From contig NW_026262593.1 in assembly GCF_021869535.1 (NCBI RefSeq), positions 70,866,001 to 70,930,000 on the forward strand: a stretch of DNA of 64,000 nucleotides. Direction: 5' to 3'. The DNA comes from Mytilus californianus (Eukaryota). Each line of letters opens with the position of its first letter. The first letter of the stretch is position 1. The translations under genes and the position numbers were made by a program. Shown piece after piece: positions 26,203 to 39,989 of this stretch. Under the pieces are notes generated by a model, which had not been told where the DNA came from, did no database searches, and worked only from the letters and a program-made list of their open reading frames with translations.

Positions 26203-27315
26203 CTTAAAAATGCATAATATTTGTTATATTTACTGAAATAAGTGGTATAAGAATTATACATATCATTAAAACGCTGAGCACTGGTTCATTATAGCATTTA
26301 AATGTATTCATTCGTGATTATATCCTATTAATATAAAGAAATCCAAAAAAGTCTTTCCCAATCGTTAATTAAAGAAAACACAAAAAGAGAATTACACAAT
26401 ATATACAGGAACAGGTACAAAATATGATGATGCTAAAACTCCTAGCATTTGAGAGGTTGAGCGGTTTTCATTTCATAAATAATTTTAATGTTCTAATATT
26501 GTAGTTTGTCACTGTCAAAGATGTCATAGATGTTAATCCGTCCTTCGGCATTTATCATGCATTTTAAAAACACCCGAAAATCGGTATCTATAATTTTATA
26601 AATGAAGTTATAACAAAAGATTAAATTTTAGAATTGAAATATCGTTGTTACTTATCATTAACTTGAAAATATGTGTCAGCTCAAACCGCGCTATGTCAAT
26701 TTTTAATTTATGTTTTATTGATCGACATTCAGCAAATCATTCGCTCAACAGGGTTCTTCTGGCTATCGCATGAAATATGCAGTGGTGACTATGACGACGA
26801 AGGGCATTACATGCGCTGTTCCTCTGCTTTTAAATTTTCATGTTTGTTTGGATATTTTGCATCAAAAATTTAAACACCATATCCATTTATATATCTTGTG
26901 CATCTAACTAATTCAAATTGAGGTTTAGTACCGTTCGAATAGGAACATTTTGAGTGCTTCTTTGAAAATCATTTCTAATTTTTATAAACATAAAATGTCA
27001 TTACCAATAACTTAAATACAGAGACCTCAATTGATGCTTAAACAGGTATTTACTATGAGAGATCTTCTTTCTAAATTATTTTGGCGATGTGTGTGCAATA
27101 ATTGTGCCCTTTATTTACCGTAAGAAAAGAAATTGAGGTTTAACCCCGAATAAAGTGAGTACTGAAAAACCTTGTTATATAAGCACTGAATTACCCTCGT
27201 TATTCATGTGACAGTTTAAACTGTGGTGGATAGTTGTCTCATTGACAATTATAGCACATTTTCCTTTTTCTATACTAAATAAAACTAAAAATTTTATTAT
27301 CGGACGGCTACTTAC

Positions 27316-27406
27316 ATTTGGTGTGAGTCCTTCTGCCACAATCGGTGCAATCATACCAGGTATTGTTGCAAATGTGTTAGTTATTCCAAAAAGTACACCA
27401 GAGTAC
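27316..27406 (-). pseudogene. SLC17A: SLC17 paralogue B, penultimate exon (orphan; no upstream exons found)
   Basis: 91-nt exon with AG and GTAAGT, encoding [30 protein letters not shown]. Same length and phase as 2580-2670. Confidence 0.9.
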
Positions 27407-27587
27407 CTAAATGAAGACAACAGCATTTTACCGATGTTCAAATCTCAAAAAATTGATTAGGAAGGGACATGTCAAATTAACAAATATAACTACGGAAATC
27501 ACATGAACCCGACAGGGTACGCATCTCCTGCTATGTATGAATAACTTCTATTAGAATTCAAAAGTCGGTCAATATGTCCATATAGCT

Positions 27588-27900
27588 GTGTAGGATGTAC
27601 GCAGTCACGTCCGCTCAGAATAGGGACGTTAAAGCCGATGCCTCGTGTTGAGAGCTCCACGCTCTCTGCACGTTAGAACCCTTACAACAACTCTTTGAGG
27701 GGTCAATAGGTCGCCTGTTGCAAGGCTAGATGTCTGTCCCTTTCCAATATACTCTCATTTTCTAGCGGTAGACCGAATTTCCCCGACCTTCATCCCGAAT
27801 GGCATCTATTTCAGAACCTAACTATTGTATTTTTTGTTGATTTTTCCTGAACATTCATAAAATATTTGCCACTTGATGTTTAGCAACCAACATTCAATAT
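27588..27900 (+). mobile_element. SINE-like repeat, second copy
   Basis: Shares its core and 3' end with 6896-7110. Confidence 0.6.
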
Positions 27901-28654
27901 ACGTAGGATACTAGAGTGCTTGTAAACAAAGATAAAAGTTATAACACAAATTAACTCAATTGTACTTCGGAAATGAAGAGCTATTAATACCATGAGGTAC
28001 CTTGCATCATTATAGTCCCCATGAAGGTCACATATTGTGCGGAAACATATCATGTCCCGTTCAGAACGTTTTGCCGTGATTGGTATTGTACTTGCAGATG
28101 CGCATTTTGACAATAAATGTGTTTTCAGTGATGATCGATGCTAAACCATTTGAAAATCCAAGACTTAAAAAATTAAGTTGAAATGATTTTTGTATGTTTG
28201 AATATTAGGCTGTAACGTTAAACAATGTTTATGGCCTTTATCTTTTAAATATAAACATAGAAATATAATTCGTGCCTCACTATTTTCTTGTTATCAACAA
28301 TAGCATCAAGTACCGTTAATAACTTTGAGGAGTTAAAAGGTTTTGATTATTTGAATGTACGGATGTAAGATAGAATAAAATTGAACATTTACATTCCAAC
28401 CGTTTAACAGAAACACCTTCTGCTGGTAAATAACGCTTATACTAAATATGACCAATATCCCTAGAGGCATTGAATATAGTGACACTACTTTGACAATCTG
28501 GAAATTTTACTGTTTACCTTGACTTAATAAATATTTTATATAAAGATTGAGAAAAATCAATTTATTTAATTCAACATGAATTTAACTGTCACGTCACTTA
28601 TATTGCTTTTCGTCTTTGTAAAACTAAATCACCCGATATTTTAAAATCAGACAG

Positions 28655-28878
28655 AAAAAAAAGGACGAAAGATACCAGAAGGATAGTCAAACTCATAGAT
28701 CGAAAATGAACTGACAACGCCATGGCCAAAAATAAAAAGACAAAAAGACAAATAATAGTACAGATGACACAACATAGAAAAATAAAGACTAAGCAACACG
28801 AACCCCACCAAAAACTGGGGGTGATCATAGGTGCTCCGGGAGGATAAGCAGATCCTGCTCCACATGTGGCACCCGTCC
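28655..28878 (-). repeat. 3' tail of the Penelope-like repeat family
   Basis: Reverse complement of GGGTGCCACATGTGGAGCAGGATCTGCTTA...TTTTTGGTGGGGTTCGTGTTGCTTAG... Confidence 0.8.
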
Positions 28879-29410
28879 CAATTTAACTGATGCATAAGAA
28901 ATATCAATAAGTAAACTTATTCTTATAAATTGTGATTTGGATGGAGAGTTGTCTCATTGGCAGTCATACCACATCTTTGTATATCTATTAACATTAAACC
29001 TGCAACGTGATAAAGTGTAATATACTTTGTTGAATGGTTAGTTTCTTCTGTCAGCGGTGTCTTTTTTTTGTCGACAGTAAATTTTTGGTGAATATTGATT
29101 TCTGAGATTCCATTAATGTTATGTGTATGAAATGTTTTTTACTTGATAAAACTTTATCAGGTCCACGAAAGTATTTTTTTAACGCCGTTTTTTTTTAAAC
29201 TTCACGAGCTATGTGACCAAAGGGATCTTAATAGAAATAGTAAAATAATAAAAGAAAAATTTTACATGAGGGAGTTTTTACTTTAGTGACGTTTTAATGT
29301 TTTGATTTATTAACGCATAATGTATGCACTATAAGTGCTTGAAACACTAGATGATCGAAGATACCATCAATTCACTAGCAGTGGTACGCATACGGTGCTA
29401 TATATATTGA

Positions 29411-31880
29411 AATTTACTTGAACAAACTTTTATGACATTAAACGATGGTGTTTACACAGCTAAACATGATAAACTGTTTGACTTCTTTTCTTATTATTCT
29501 GGAAAAAAGTGTATTCAGTGCTTAATCAAGAATGCTCACATAGAATTCATCATGGGAAGTTTTTTATTAGAAAGTAATAACGATATGAACCAGTTCATCA
29601 CTGTAGTTTCGCCTAAATATCATCAAATGTACATGAAAAGAATGGTTGATGACTAGTTTAGTGGTAATGTAAGAGCTGTGTTCTGTAATATAAATATGGA
29701 CATACCAAAGTTCAGACTACGATTCCTGTGTTATTTAAATACTTTTGATAAATCATATCAGAGACTATTAGCACAAATCAGTCATGTCAATAAAAGAGAA
29801 ACTGCCCTGTTACGGTGTTGTTTTGGAGGGGACATTTCATTTATTCAGTGGTGTTTTTATAATGGCGTAGATATCAATCTGTGTAGGTAAAATGGTGTGA
29901 GTCCTTTACATATAGCAGTACAGAATGGTCATACTGAAGTAGTTAAGATGTTATTGGATAAAAGGGCAGACATAAATAAGTAACGGAGAGATGACTCATC
30001 TGCCTTGATAATTGCTTGTGTTAATAACCATGTCGAAATCGCAAAGCTGTTACTAGATAACCAGGCTGACATAAATCATAGTAAAGGTAAAGGAAGTTCA
30101 GCCATGTTTTTTGCTTGTCAGAAAGAATATAAGGATATAGTTCAGCTGTTGCTAGACAACAAAGCAGACATTAATAAATGTAAATATGATCAAGCATCTC
30201 CATTGTTTATGGCTTGTCAAGACGGACATTAAGATACAGTACAATTCTTACCTAACAAAAAAGCAGATATCAATAAATGTAAAGTTGGTCAAGTATCTCC
30301 TTTGTATATGGCGTGTACAAAATGATATAAAGATATAGTAAAGATGTTGCTTGACAGCAAAGCAGACGTTGATAAATGTACAGATGGTCAAGTATATCCC
30401 TTGTTGAAAGCGTGTACAAAAGGATAGAAAGATATAGCTCAGCTGCTGTTAGACAAAAAAGCGGATATTATTAAATGTACAGATGGTCATGCATCTTCTT
30501 TGTTTATAGCTTGTACAAAAGGATATACAGATATAGTTCAGCTGCTGTTAGACAGAAAAGCAGATATTTATAAATGTAAAGATAGTCAAGAATCTCCTTT
30601 GTTTAGGGCGTGTACAAATAGATATACACAGATATAGTTCAGCTGTTGCTTGACAACAAAGCAAACATTAATAAGTTTGAGATGATCAAGCATCTCGTTT
30701 GTTTATGGCTTGTCAAAACGGACATAAAGATATAGTAAAGTTGTTACTTGACATCAACGCAGACAGTAATAAATGTGATAATTATGATGTATCTCCCTTG
30801 TTCATAGCTTATCAAGTAGGTCATAAAGTTATAGTCCAGATGTTACTGAACAACAAAGCAGATTTAAATAAATGGCATAATGTTGCAGCATCCTCCTTGT
30901 ATATTATTGTGAGAAAAACCAGAAAGATATAGTACAGTTGTTACTGAACAACAAAGCAGACATTAACAAGTGTTGTAATACTGAAGAATCCCCATTGTTT
31001 ATTGCTTGTCAGACATATATAAAGAGATTGTTGAGCTGCTGGTAGACAACATAGCAGATATTAATAAATATAACAATGAAGAAGTAACTCCCTTGTTTAT
31101 AGCTTTTAACAAGGACATATAGATACACTACAACTCTTACTATACAAAAAAGCAGACATTGATAAATGTAAAGTTGGTCAAGTATCTCTCTTGTTTATTG
31201 CGAGTGCAAAAGGATATAAAAATATAGTGAAGCTGATACTTGACAACAAAGCTGACATTGACAAATGTACAGATGGTCAAGTATCTCCCTTGTTTAAAGC
31301 GTGTACAAAAAGATATAAAGATATAGCTCAGCTGCTGCTAAACGTCGTTACGATCAATCTCCCTTTTGATAGATAAACAAGTGTTGTGATGATGAACAAT
31401 CTCCCTTCTTTATTGCCTGTCAGGAAGGACATAAAGATATAGTAAAACTGTTACTAGATAGCAAGGCAGACATAAACATGTGCAGTCGTTATGATCAATC
31501 TCCATTGATGATTGCTTGTCAGGAAGGATATAAGGATATAGTTTAGCTTATGCTAGACATCAAAGCAGACATTAATAAGTGTAAAGATGATCAAGCACCT
31601 CCCTTGTTTATAGCTTGTCAAGAAGGACATACTGATATAGTTCAGTCCTGCTAGACAACAAAACTGAAATAAATAAATGTAAAGATGATCAAGTATCTCC
31701 CTTTTATATTGCATGTCAGAAAGGATATACGGATATAGTTCAGCTGCTGCTCGACAACAAAGCAGATATATATAAGTGTTGTGATAAAAAACATTCTCCC
31801 TAATTTATAGCTTGTCATGCAGGACATATAGATATAGAACAACTGTTATTACACATTAATGCAGACATCAATAAGTATAT
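29411..31880 (+). pseudogene. HEPN-nSTAND3-ankyrin family, copy 2: 5'-truncated remnant (post-NTPase helical region plus about 20 ankyrin repeats)
   Basis: Homology starts at NLLEQTFMTLNDGVYTAKHDKLFDFFSYY (cf. NSLERTFIKKEHGVYKTIHDKLFDFLSYY in copy 3). In-frame stops at 29654, 29888, 29981, 30230 and more, plus frameshifts such as the AC duplication near 30626. Confidence 0.9.
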
Positions 31881-33369
31881 TCAATATGGCTGCAATAGCT
31901 GTGAAAGGGTCTATTGAAATGAGAAATTTTGTTTTTTATCTGCATGTCAGTTTGAAAGAGATAAATGTTTAATTTCATGATGCGATCAATGGCTTAGTTA
32001 TAAAAATAAAAACAATAAATGAATTGTATATGTAACTCATAGATATTTTGTAAGGTGTATGAGTCTGTCTCGCAGCATTCATCTGACTGTTTTTTACCTC
32101 ATTCTCAATGTAACTACCAGTATTTGGAATGCTAACGGATGGTTCTTACGGGTCCTAAAATAAGTAAATCCAGTTTATGTGACTACAGACTTTATATTTT
32201 TATTGTATAAGAATAAGCCAACCATATGTATTTGGTATGTAGAATCACAACTTAGTTACATGTTTCACACTTATGTCAATCTGTAAAAAGTAGTCCATCC
32301 TTGACCTTATTATTATTGTTCATTATAATTACATTTATTTTTTTGATTTTGTATCTTTCTCAATTGTAATATATGTTGCCAGTAATACATTAACTATCAG
32401 TGATTGATAAAATCATTCTATTACCATCTAGTCCCAATACGTTTGTGATGGTAGCCATTAGCATTACCTTATTGTAGCATATAACTGAAAAAAATGTTCT
32501 TTCTTTTACATTTGTATACATGCATTTGTACATATACATAGTATTTTATAATGAAATGTTTTTGAGATTATCTTTATAGACATATTTGTTAGTAATGATG
32601 ATTATTATTTTCGTCAATGAAATTGTGATGTGTATTCCAGATGTTTTATACTTTTTGATATTTTTATTACACCAACAAAATTGTTTTGAAATGAATACAA
32701 ATAAATGATCATACGTAAATAAACTCATCATAGATACCAGGTTTTAAATTTTGTACGCTAGACATGGGTTTCGTCTACAAAAGACTCATAAGTGACAATC
32801 AAATCGAAAAAGTAAAATAAAGTATAAAGTTGAAGAGCACCGAGGACTTTATTTTCAGTAGAAGTTGAATTGCAGTTATTTAGTAATACATACAGAATCA
32901 GGGAAAATTTGAAGTTTGTGTTACATCCCTTGTACGGCTAGACATAATTATTGATGTGAATCAGTTGCAGTAAATGTAGATGAGAGAAATGAGTTATAGA
33001 AAATACGGAAGATAACAAGGGGGCATTAAAAATTCACAAGTCGATATAAACTGATAACACCCAGGCAAAAAGCTAGACATTACAAAAACAGTACACTACA
33101 TTAAAAACAAGAGATTGTGCAACAAGAACCCCAAAATAACCAGTGGGTTCACAGGTTTTCCAGAAGGGTCAGCATACTCTGGCTGACACGTGAAACCGGT
33201 TATTATATTCCGTCGGTGATGTCACAATCGAAGAAAAGAGGACGAGATGGTGGTTGTACAATTACAAAAAAGTATAACAAAAATACCGAACTTCAATGAT
33301 TTTTTTTTTTTGTATTTTTTTGTTTTTCAAAAAGGATGAAGTCAAAAGTCAAAGTTAGGCTTCATCAAC

Positions 33370-33560
33370 CAACTACACGATTGGAAAACAACTGTCATAT
33401 TCCTGACTTGGTTCAGGCCTTTTTCCAAGAAAATGTTGGGTTAAACCTGGTTTTATAGCTAGCTCAATCTCCCACTTGTATTGACAGTTGTAAATAGTTC
33501 CGTTATATTGACAAAATTGGGTGAGCAACCCAAACAGACATAATAGGTTAATGTTACAAT
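33370..33560 (+). repeat. Unclassified dispersed repeat family C
   Basis: GGAAAACAACTGTCATATTCCTGACTTGG...TAAACCTGGTTTTATAGCTAGCT matches 59925-60060. Degenerate copies near 21640-21720 and 45690-45830. Confidence 0.65.
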
Positions 33561-34693
33561 AATTGAGATCCAGCTGCCAGTGCTGTTAAAACATACCTCA
33601 CAGACATACACCACAACTGACTAAAGTATTCCAACATACCTACATACAAATAAATTTAACAAAGACGTTAAATATATAGCTTTTTTCTAGTTATTAGAAA
33701 ATTTGACAAAGACGTCAACAAAAAAGTGTTTGTAGTTAATAGTACACAAAGTATGGTGTATGCCTGACATATGCAATTGTGTTGCGACTGAAGAAAAACC
33801 TGCGTTGCAAACATAACATTTTCTCTTTATTTCTGTTTCCTATTAGCTTTATCTATTTAGTATTCACAAAAATCTAAATTGTATTTCAATATAAAAAAAA
33901 ACAGGCGAAATATACCAAAGGGATATTCAAACGCATACAGAAAACTAACGACTGAGCAACATGAACCCAAGCAAAAATTCGGCGGCGATCTCAGGACCTT
34001 CGGAAGGGTAAGCAAATCCTGCTGCAACTGTGGCATCCGTCGTGTTGCTCATGTAAATACAAACCCGGCGATAAGTCTAATTTGGTAGGCCATAATCAAG
34101 GAAAAGAAGTGCTTGTGGTTACGCCAATTAGAACACGTCCTTTATCATATTTGAAACTATGTTTTTTTTTAAATTATTGTCTTTGAAACTACTAATTAAA
34201 GGTCAGATTAACTTAACATTAAAATCTTTGAAAAGTTTATTGTTGAAAACGCAATTTGGCTTGTACATTAATGCGTCTCATTTGATATGTGTAAAATACA
34301 GATACGTTATTAGTTGAGATTGAATTCGAAGTACAATTTAGTACAGTTGCGGACAGATTTGAGAAATTTTAAATGATGATAAGGACAGTCGGATGTGATG
34401 TAATACCTTTATTGCAGTTTGTCAGACATCTTCTGGTAAAATGAAGTGTTGTTCAATACAGTTTGGAAAGACTAAAATACAATAAAGGGATGTTCGGTGC
34501 AGGTTCTTTTGGATAAAGTTGAGTACAATTTAGTACTCACTATGTTACTAGGTAATTTTGATGTTGGTGCTGCTCAGAAAAATGTGGACATGACCAATGT
34601 AATGCTGCTCAGTATAGCTTCTCTATCAGAAAAAAGGTTTGTTCAATATTATAGTGTTTGTCAGTACTGTTTGGACAATCAAATACAATTTAG

Positions 34694-34694
<1 letters not shown>

Positions 34695-34724
<30 letters not shown>

Positions 34725-34772
34725 AATGATAAGGAGGAGGAGGAGGAGGAGGAGGAGGAGGAGGAGGAGGAG
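34695..34772. repeat. Compound microsatellite (GAT)10-AAT-GAT-AAG-(GAG)13
   Basis: Read directly from the sequence. Confidence 0.95.
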
Positions 34773-35041
34773 GACGGTGATTATTGTCTAGTATCAAGTT
34801 TTTCAGGCACATTGGGACGAGAAATTGTTATGGTGATATGGAAATGAACATTGGTTTGCATTAGATGACAGGCCGAGTTGTATGTTTATCGTGTTAGTTA
34901 ACATGAACACAGCCTTAGTTCTAACTGCTTAATGCCACGCGGCTAGCAAAAAAAGAAGCAAATATCGGTGTTCAAGTCCTTGGTTTGAACATTTTGCGGA
35001 TCAAACCCCAGACCTCCTGACTCGAGACGACCAGGTTACAA

Positions 35042-35546
35042 TTGATACGATATTCCCGGGCTTGTATTTCCTATCATGATTTCCTTGATAGAGGATTGCT
35101 GCTCACAAGGAAGCTATTAAACCAAGAGTTCCAAATGGTGCAGTTAAAATCATCCCTTCGTAAATTTTACGGACGCTATCACGAGTTGGTTGACCATTAT
35201 GGAATAACCGTTTCACAGATGATATCGGATATGTTCCTTATGTCGTAACTACAATACCCTTCCCTTTTTTCGAATATGACCTACCCAATGAGACTATTTA
35301 CCGGATTTATAATAGCATAAGCAACACGACGGGTGCCACATGTAGAGCAGGGTCTGCTTACCCTTCCGGAGCACCTGAGATCACCCCCAGTTTTTGGTGG
35401 GGTTCGTGTTGCTTAGTCTTTAGTTTTCTTTGTTGTGTCATCTGTACTGTTATTTGTCTGTTTGTCTTTTTAGTTTTTGCCATGGCGTTGTCAGTTTGTT
35501 TTCCATCTATGAGTTTGACTGTCCCTCTGGTATCTTTCGTCCCTAT
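35042..35546 (+). mobile_element. 5'-truncated Penelope-like retroelement fragment
   Basis: ORF 35042-35248 IRYSRACISYHDFLDRGLLLTRKLLNQEFQMVQLKSSLRKFYGR plus the conserved tail; close to 23688-24192. Confidence 0.8.
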
Positions 35547-36568
35547 TTTACAACTGGACCACAGATGCGATCGTTATAATTTAGTGTTGTTCAGAAGAAT
35601 TGAGACAAACAAATCAATTTCAGAATGTTTCAGTAGGATAAAGCAAACAAAATTACGAAACCTGTTCGTTCGTAGACTTCACTTGTTTTATTCAACAGCA
35701 AACATTCATGTTCAATGCTTCAGCATAGAGCCGTTTTTGTAAAGAGCAATACTTTATTTTTCATGGGTTCCGAATGTTTGCTGCAATTGCCTATGTACTG
35801 GTGTGATATCAATTTGATACTTATAATTAAAATCTTTTCTGATTACACACTTTATAAAAGCTTTGTAACCTTTAGCTTCTAAAAATGCATGTACAATTCA
35901 AATGTTTAATATATATGTGACTGTTAGATTTGAAATCATAAACCATCGTTTCCGATTGCCAATTGCAACATGTTGAGATATGAAATTTGAATTGTTTGAA
36001 CAATTTCCGAATTGGTCTTTATTTTATGAAATCACCAGCACTAAATTATGTTATATATCTAGAACGTTCAAGCACTTAGTACTAGACATTTTCAAAGACA
36101 TATCGATACTGACGCTTACACCTATACATAGGACGACAGGTAACCTTTTTGAGAAGGGGTCATCTCAAGGCGTACCGTGCCACAGGCATTTATAAAAAAC
36201 ATATTGAATAATTTATAAAAAAAATAATTTCAATGATTTGTTAATTTATTGGCTCTGTTTAGAAGCTGCAAATTGACCGATCTTCACATTATACTTTGTA
36301 AAATAAAGAGACGCGCTTTCAATTTAAATCTTGAACACCGATAAATCTATCCACATGGAATAGTCACAATCCTTACGTGACAGTTGTATTTTAAAAGACA
36401 AATGTATCTACTACCTATAAAGCATGATTTTATGTACTTTTAGGCTTTCGTCAACTAAAATCTAGTGTCTATTTGGTTGTCAAGTGGGATTTTCGAATGG
36501 TTTAAAAAACACTAAAATAATCTATGTAAGGATTTGTGGAAGGGCAGACTAAACGTTTGCAGATGTTG

Positions 36569-37085
36569 AATAAAATTGAGTATGGAAATGGGGAATGTGT
36601 CAAAGAGACAACAACCCGACCATAGAACAGACAACAGCAGAAGGTCACCAACAGGTCTTCAATGCAGCGAGAAATTCCCGCACCCGGAGGCGTCCTTCAG
36701 CTGGCCCCTAAACAAATATATATACTAGTTCAGTGATAATGAACGCCATACTAAACTCCAAATTGTACACAAGAAACTAAAATTAAAAATAATACAAGAC
36801 TGACAAAGGCTAGAGGCTCCTGACTTTGGGACAGGCGCAAAAATGCGGCGGGGTTAAACATGTTTATGAGATCTCAACCCTCCCCCTATACCTCTAGCCA
36901 ATGTAGAAAAGTAAACGCATAACAATACGCACATTAAAATTCAGTTCAAGAGAAGTCCGAGTCTGATGTCAGAAGATGTAACCAAAGAAAATAAACAAAA
37001 TGACAATAATACATAAATAACAACAGACTACTAGCAGTTAACTGACATGCCAGATCCAGACTTCAATTAAACTGATTGAAAGATA
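36569..37085 (+). mobile_element. Dispersed repeat family A, third copy
   Basis: Collinear with 1176-1675. Confidence 0.85.
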
Positions 37086-39989
37086 ATGGAAGACTATTTA
37101 CCCTAGATAACACACACCAAAAAAAAAGATACACTTTAAAGTCAAGGGCTTTTAGTAAAAATTCTAGGAGGTGTTGGTGAACTTTCTTTATATACATTTC
37201 ATGAATATTTTTTGTTTATACATTTCATGAATAAAAGTTAATTGCCTACATTTTTATCTGAAAAAAGAGTGAACGAAAGTTAAAAAAAAATCCTAGAAAG
37301 ACATACACATCCAGTTTAAACATTTGAATTAGCACGAAGCTTTTCTTTTGTTATTCAAACACACCTACTCAATTGTTATGACACATTAGAAAGGTATTTC
37401 ACCTGACCCGTATATTTCATGTTTTGGTACTGTAATATTATTGTATCAAAATGAAGCCTAAATAAAAAAATTTTGGATCTGAAGCGAGATTATGTATCAA
37501 ATATTTTTGCTTTTTAGTTTTCAGGACAAAACAGTCAACCCAAACATGCTTGAACGTAAAAAGGTGTTCCGCTTTTCTCTTTTGATAAAATTATTGCCCA
37601 TTTTTGTAATTTTTCCCCCAAAAACTATATAAAATGCAAATTACTGCTGTAAAAAGATCAATCAATATGATTTGTCGATTAGAAGAAAACAGTTGGATTA
37701 TCACAACTTCATCACTAAAATAATTCTAAAATAATTTGAAAACTTGGTGTTTCTAGCTCAGATTCCGAATACAAAATTACATAAAACCATCTACAAATTC
37801 AAATTATTGAGTTTTGTTTTTATTTTATCATCCAATCAATGGAATAAAACATGTTACATTTGATCGGTTTATGATTTAATCAGTATGTTCTCTGATAAAT
37901 GGAAATTTGATGATTTTTTTGCTGGTTTAATTCAATGTATATATCAGTTTTAATTGAAAAAAATGCAATCATGGACTCTTGAGATATTCGAATGTGAAGT
38001 ACTATTTTGGTATGATCTCAATTTTCATTAAATCAAAACTTAAACCTCATACACGGTATAACTGACATTTCCCTGACCTTTGAAATATGGTAAAACCCTA
38101 TAGACAAGTGGCAATAATGACCGTTTTGTGCCCTTTGTAAAATTTTCTTCTATGTGTCATGTTTTATTCCTATACCACAGACCTTTTAAAAATGGTGAAA
38201 TCTTGGTTTAAGTATATGATTTAATCTGCTGCATAGGACACTGACATATTTGTTGCAACGTCCAATACGGTATCTGCTAAACTTATTTTGTATGATATCT
38301 TGATTATCATCAATTCTTGGGAAAAGGAGCTGGGCCACGAATGCCTTGATCTGGTCCAAAAATTAAACTTTATAATACTATATGTAAAGACCTATAATTA
38401 TAATCTAAGATATGCAAGTTTATATTAACTAGACCCTTTTTGTATGCTGTTCATTTTAACCATTTTTCAGCTTCAAAAGTATGATATCTTACAGGCTTTT
38501 ATATATATAAATGTGTACTGACTATTTCCTTCTAAAAAACAACAATGGCCGCACCATTCGACCAACATAAGTTTGTTCTACAAAAATGCATTTTGATCAG
38601 ATACACATTTTTAGGTGGTCCTTGCAGGTGGCCGATGTTGTTTGCAGTAAATACTATTTGAATTTAGACAAAAAATTAGTAAAAATTCCGATTTCCGTCA
38701 TAAGAGTGGTCATTTATGACGTCATTATTATATCTGAAGTGTTTTAATGCGTCAGAACTTGCAATTTTGTATTTGTGGGATATTTTTACATATTTTGTCT
38801 TCAAATGTTAACTATTAGTATTAAATTTAAATTTGACGGCCAATATTGACCCTTCTTGAACATACTCCTTTGAAGTTCTGTAGTTTGTTTTAAGAATTTT
38901 ATCATTTGAATATGTTTAGAATATCCCATTACAAAGGTATAGGTGATATAAGTTATTGAAAGTAGTAAGCTGAAAAACAATGCACGTATTGAAACGTGTT
39001 GGCACTTTTTGATTCTAGTCGCTTTGTCAAACGTCATATTCAAAGTTTGAAAGGAACAGAAACTTTATAAATGTTCTGATAAACTTCTATGTATAAGCAC
39101 AGTTTAAATTTTACTGAAAACAGTATTTAAAAAAGTTATTTGAAGTTTTTGAAGCGCACAACTTCTTGATGTTTTTGTTTTTGGCTACACATGGGGATTA
39201 ACATATCGAATGGCCACTTTTTTAAACATACATATTTGTTTCCTAGACAAATATATATTGCATTTTATGTTTTAGTTGATAAATTTATGAGGCTAGATTA
39301 CTTTTGCAATAAATAACAATTTCAAGTTGATTGAGAAAATTATGAAGATATTTTACTGGCAACTGCTTAATGTGACCATAAGACGAGAACTCCTACTTTC
39401 CGTGTGAAAGCTTTATTGGTATTTTTGTCTAGGTTGTGTATTAATCATGTAAATAACTTTTGCCAGTATTACTTGTTTTGCAGCTATTAAAAAGTCGTGT
39501 TACGCTTTTTGCTAAGTAAATTCGTGGTAGTGGTATGAATATGAATAAGGGTAGAGTTATTTGCTGCACCTCGAGTATATGTTCATAACATTACAGATTA
39601 GGATTTGGTTTTAAAAGATGTCATCCCTGAATCTAGAAGATCTGTGTGGTTACTTGCAAAAACCACTTCAACCTGATTAAGCTATTATACGGAACCAAGA
39701 AAGGTTAAAAAAAATATGAATTTAAAGGTTTTGGTGACACCGTGTGTCTGTAACACGTAAATGTATATATCTATATGAAACATTTAAATTGTACATATAT
39801 TTACTATATATATAACATATTTAGCTCTTCGACTGTTTCGGTTCTTATATTCCATTCGTTTGATGTGTTTGAGCTTTTGATTTTGCCATTTGTTAAAGGA
39901 CTTTCCGTTTTGATTTTTCCGTGGAGTTCGTTTTTGTTTTGTTTGTTATTTTACTTATACATCCTTGGCTTTAAAATATTTGGCTTTGA

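Noticed and set aside
34497-34847. 116-aa ORF with a poly-Asp/poly-Glu tract
   Set aside because: The acidic tract is a (GAT)n(GAG)n microsatellite that keeps the frame open; flanks show no recognisable domain or convincing splice context.
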